A stretch of DNA of 64,000 nucleotides from an uncultured delta proteobacterium (GTDB taxonomy: Bacteria > Desulfobacterota > Binatia > UBA9968): positions 160,001-224,000 of the forward strand of contig CAVUVW010000021.1 in the NCBI GenBank assembly GCA_963745035.1, written 5' to 3'. The notes under the pieces were generated by a model. The model made no database searches and was not told the DNA's origin. It saw only the letters and a list, made by a program, of their open reading frames with translations. The position numbers were made by a program, and so were the translations under genes. Every line of letters begins with the position of its first letter. Within the stretch, counting starts at the first letter, position 1. Shown here one piece after another: positions 61,342 through 64,000 of the stretch.

Positions 61342-63985
61342 GAATGCCATCCGAGTTCTGGAAGGTGTGAAGGACTGCGGCAAGAGCGCTCCCGCAGCCA
61401 CGCAAACTGTGGATCGTCAGAAAAAGGCTCAGCAGGGCCAAGATAGCGGAAGCCACCCACGCGTTATCCAACGCTGCCGCAGCCGAAAGCGAAATTAATA
61501 AGATGGGAAGCAGGAGTTCTAACGGCGAACACTTAGGCCAGAGCCGAAGGCGCACAAATTGGTTACCAGCACCATGATCCTCCACTGCCATGAGCAAGCG
61601 CGCGAAGCCGAGCAGCCCCGCGCGTACTTCCAAGTCCCAGCGATCGTAATCTCCTCCCCGCCGAACGTAGACGCCCGCCTTGCGCAAATCCGCTTCGAAA
61701 GCTTTCAATCTTTCATTGGGATCGCGCCAATGTTCGGTCCAAACCGCGAATTTCCGCGGCCAGGGCATCACAAAGCCGGACCCCTTGTATCTCCAGAAAG
61801 TGAGTCCGGAACGCAAGCGTCCGCTAAGGCGCGCAAGAGGTTGGAGTAAATGAAGCAAGGCTGTCACGGTGCGCAGTTTAACCCATTCAAGAGGGGACCT
61901 TCGCGAGGTTGAAAAGCAGACTCGTGCGGAGCTAATCACGGCTTGGAAAATGGGTGCGTAAAGTACGAACCCTAGGAACGGCAGAGCATAGAACAAAGGA
62001 AACCAAAGGAAGCCGAGCGCAACAATCGGCAGAAGCGCGGCGACAGCCAGGTACCATTCCGGCATGGACAACCAAGATTCTAAGGCCCCGGCGGGTGATT
62101 GGTAAATGGATTGGAAGGGCGCGCTGCCCCACACGCCATGATAAATCCGTCCTTGGCTCCATGCCTTATATTGGTGGCCATTCCCGTAGACTCGGCCCGC
62201 CCAAGTGACATGGCCGGCGAGATTATATTTCTCCGGCCATTTTTTCTCAAGGAAAGATTCCGCTTTGCCGTAATTATGCTGCTGCTTCCAATAGGCTCGA
62301 ATCGAATTCCGGCGGTGGTGCCAAACCATTGCGCCAGGGCTATATCCTAGAGTCCATCCTTTTTGCTGAAGGCGCCAGCAAACATCCACATCGTCTCCGG
62401 CGATGCGAAATTGCGGATCGAATCCGCCGATGGCTTCCAGTGCGGTTTTGCGAAAGGCCATATTGCAGCCGGGAATATGTTCAGCCTCCGTATCTGAGAG
62501 CAATATGTGAACCGGGTTTCCCGGGGAATGGGCGACGCATTCTGCAATAGGTCCATCGTCAGCGGGTGCGATATTCGGCCCGCCGACCCCAACATGCGTC
62601 GTAGTCATGAATGCGCTGGCAAGATATCTCAACCAATGCGAGTCGGGGTACGCATCATCGTCAATATACGCGACGATTTCTCCTGTGGCTGCGTTCAATC
62701 CTGTATTGCGAGCGGAGGAGAGTCCCCGATTTTCAGTGGTTATCACACGAAAACCGTAGCTAGAGGCGATCTTTGCCGTGTTGTCGGTAGAACCGTCGTT
62801 CACCACGATCACCTCGTAGTTAGGATAGTCCAGCCTCAACAAACTCTCGAGACATGCCGAAAGAGTGTGGCCGCCATTGAAGGTACATACGACGACTGAA
62901 ATTTTGGGCCACGACAATTCTTTTGAGACAGGAACTTTCGTGAACGCTTCTCGAACTACTTTGAGAGCAGGTTTGGGACGACGCTCACGCGTGGTAATGC
63001 CAAATGCCCAGTCTTCGACCTCGGCCCCCGCTCGATGCCACTCATCAGTCCAAGAAAAAATGAAAGCTCCCGCGCAACCTGCGTCGAACGTAGCCCGCAG
63101 TTGCCAATCTAGCGCCTGCGCCTGGGTTGCTTCTCCGTTGCGCAGACTATCGAGGCCGATCTCACTCATAAGCAAAGGTCGGTCTCCCGCAATATTGTGA
63201 AGTCTCCCCAAATAGGACTCGAGACGCTCTTCGGATTCTAGATAAACATTGAAAGTGACGAGATCCAGGAAAGGAAGATGAAGATATTCGGTGGTGGGAT
63301 AATTTACGTAAGTGACGAGGCCGTCCGGGTCTTCTGCTTTCACCGCCCTATACAGGCGCTCGAGATAACTCTCAACTCGCCCGCGACCCAGCCACCGCAC
63401 AACCGGTGCTGCGATCTCATTTCCCAGGGCATAACAAAGAAGTGCGGGGTGTCCAGCGCAAGAACGCACTTTTGAGCATATCAATTCTTCAACGTCAGGA
63501 GCACCTTTTCTGTCAATCAAAAAGCCCGCATACTGTTCTGCGGATAGCCCGACCATGACACGGAGGCCATGTTTTTGAGCGATGTCGAGAAGCTCCCGCG
63601 GCGGCATCGTATGTGGAATGCGGACGGCATTGAGTCCGTTCGCGGCCATCAGAGAAAAGTCTCTCTCCAGGACCATTGGGTCATGATACTCTTGACCGTC
63701 TGGACCTGGTCTGAATGCTCCATAGGTAACGCCACGGACCCAAAATTTATCGTTGCCAACAAACAAAAACTTACCACCCACGCGTGGTCGTTCAATTTTC
63801 CCATCGGTGAACTCGGCGAGCTGAACTCCATTGCGCAGTGGCCGATAGGGGACGCGAAATCCTTCCTTTAAAGAAAAGGTTTCATCGTCTAGAAAGAAAG
63901 ATCTTCTATCTGGCGAAACGCTTTCCTCCAGTTTGATCGACGGCACATGACGTGGCTCGACGAATGAGGCCAGCGGTTTATTCAC
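61316..63985 (-). CDS. GH2-like TIM-barrel + GT2 glycosyltransferase fusion with C-terminal TM segments
   Basis: GVTYG, NAVRIPH, LGNEI (acid/base), MSEIG (nucleophile) and WTDEW; then VVVCTFN, VNDGSTD, YIDDDA, GCNMAFR and GDDVD. Confidence 0.85.
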   Translation of the reverse strand: MNKPLASFVEPRHVPSIKLEESVSPDRRSFFLDDETFSLKEGFRVPYRPLRNGVQLAEFTDGKIERPRVGGKFLFVGNDKFWVRGVTYGAFRPGPDGQEYHDPMVLERDFSLMAANGLNAVRIPHTMPPRELLDIAQKHGLRVMVGLSAEQYAGFLIDRKGAPDVEELICSKVRSCAGHPALLCYALGNEIAAPVVRWLGRGRVESYLERLYRAVKAEDPDGLVTYVNYPTTEYLHLPFLDLVTFNVYLESEERLESYLGRLHNIAGDRPLLMSEIGLDSLRNGEATQAQALDWQLRATFDAGCAGAFIFSWTDEWHRAGAEVEDWAFGITTRERRPKPALKVVREAFTKVPVSKELSWPKISVVVCTFNGGHTLSACLESLLRLDYPNYEVIVVNDGSTDNTAKIASSYGFRVITTENRGLSSARNTGLNAATGEIVAYIDDDAYPDSHWLRYLASAFMTTTHVGVGGPNIAPADDGPIAECVAHSPGNPVHILLSDTEAEHIPGCNMAFRKTALEAIGGFDPQFRIAGDDVDVCWRLQQKGWTLGYSPGAMVWHHRRNSIRAYWKQQHNYGKAESFLEKKWPEKYNLAGHVTWAGRVYGNGHQYKAWSQGRIYHGVWGSAPFQSIYQSPAGALESWLSMPEWYLAVAALLPIVALGFLWFPLFYALPFLGFVLYAPIFQAVISSARVCFSTSRRSPLEWVKLRTVTALLHLLQPLARLSGRLRSGLTFWRYKGSGFVMPWPRKFAVWTEHWRDPNERLKAFEADLRKAGVYVRRGGDYDRWDLEVRAGLLGFARLLMAVEDHGAGNQFVRLRLWPKCSPLELLLPILLISLSAAAALDNAWVASAILALLSLFLTIHSLRGCGSALAAVLHTFQNSDGIHDKQKEIQ

Positions 63986-64000
63986 GAAGTATCGCTCCTT

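Overview
GC-rich bacterial chromosomal window. It is most consistent with a Candidatus Binatia/deltaproteobacteria-like soil lineage (inferred from the many orphan TctC and NMT1-type binding proteins, UbiD and amidohydrolase genes, and the ccsA-hemACDB operon). Many genes carry single-base indels, probably long-read assembly errors. Positions 1-44.2 kb are core and catabolic genes: aromatic-acid catabolism, a peptide ABC transporter, heme biosynthesis, rpoZ, rpoH, coxGMS, trmL and dtd. Two genes missed by the ORF track look like selenoproteins, with an in-frame TGA at the catalytic Cys position and a downstream SECIS-like hairpin: a GST (13941-14501) and a secreted peroxiredoxin (26253-26811). 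From about 44.2 kb the sequence is visibly lower in GC. This region opens with an IHF consensus site and a phased array of seven palindromic AGCT boxes spaced 21-22 bp apart, directly upstream of an orphan DndB (DGQHR) gene with no dndCDE nearby. The rest is an uncharacterised glycan locus: a GH2-GT2 fusion, an ABC exporter, three paralogous GT-B-like proteins, methyltransferases, GT39 enzymes and a PIG-L deacetylase. Intergenic hairpins built from 7-, 8- and 9-nt tandem units recur. No rRNA, tRNA, CRISPR array, integrase or transposase was recognised.
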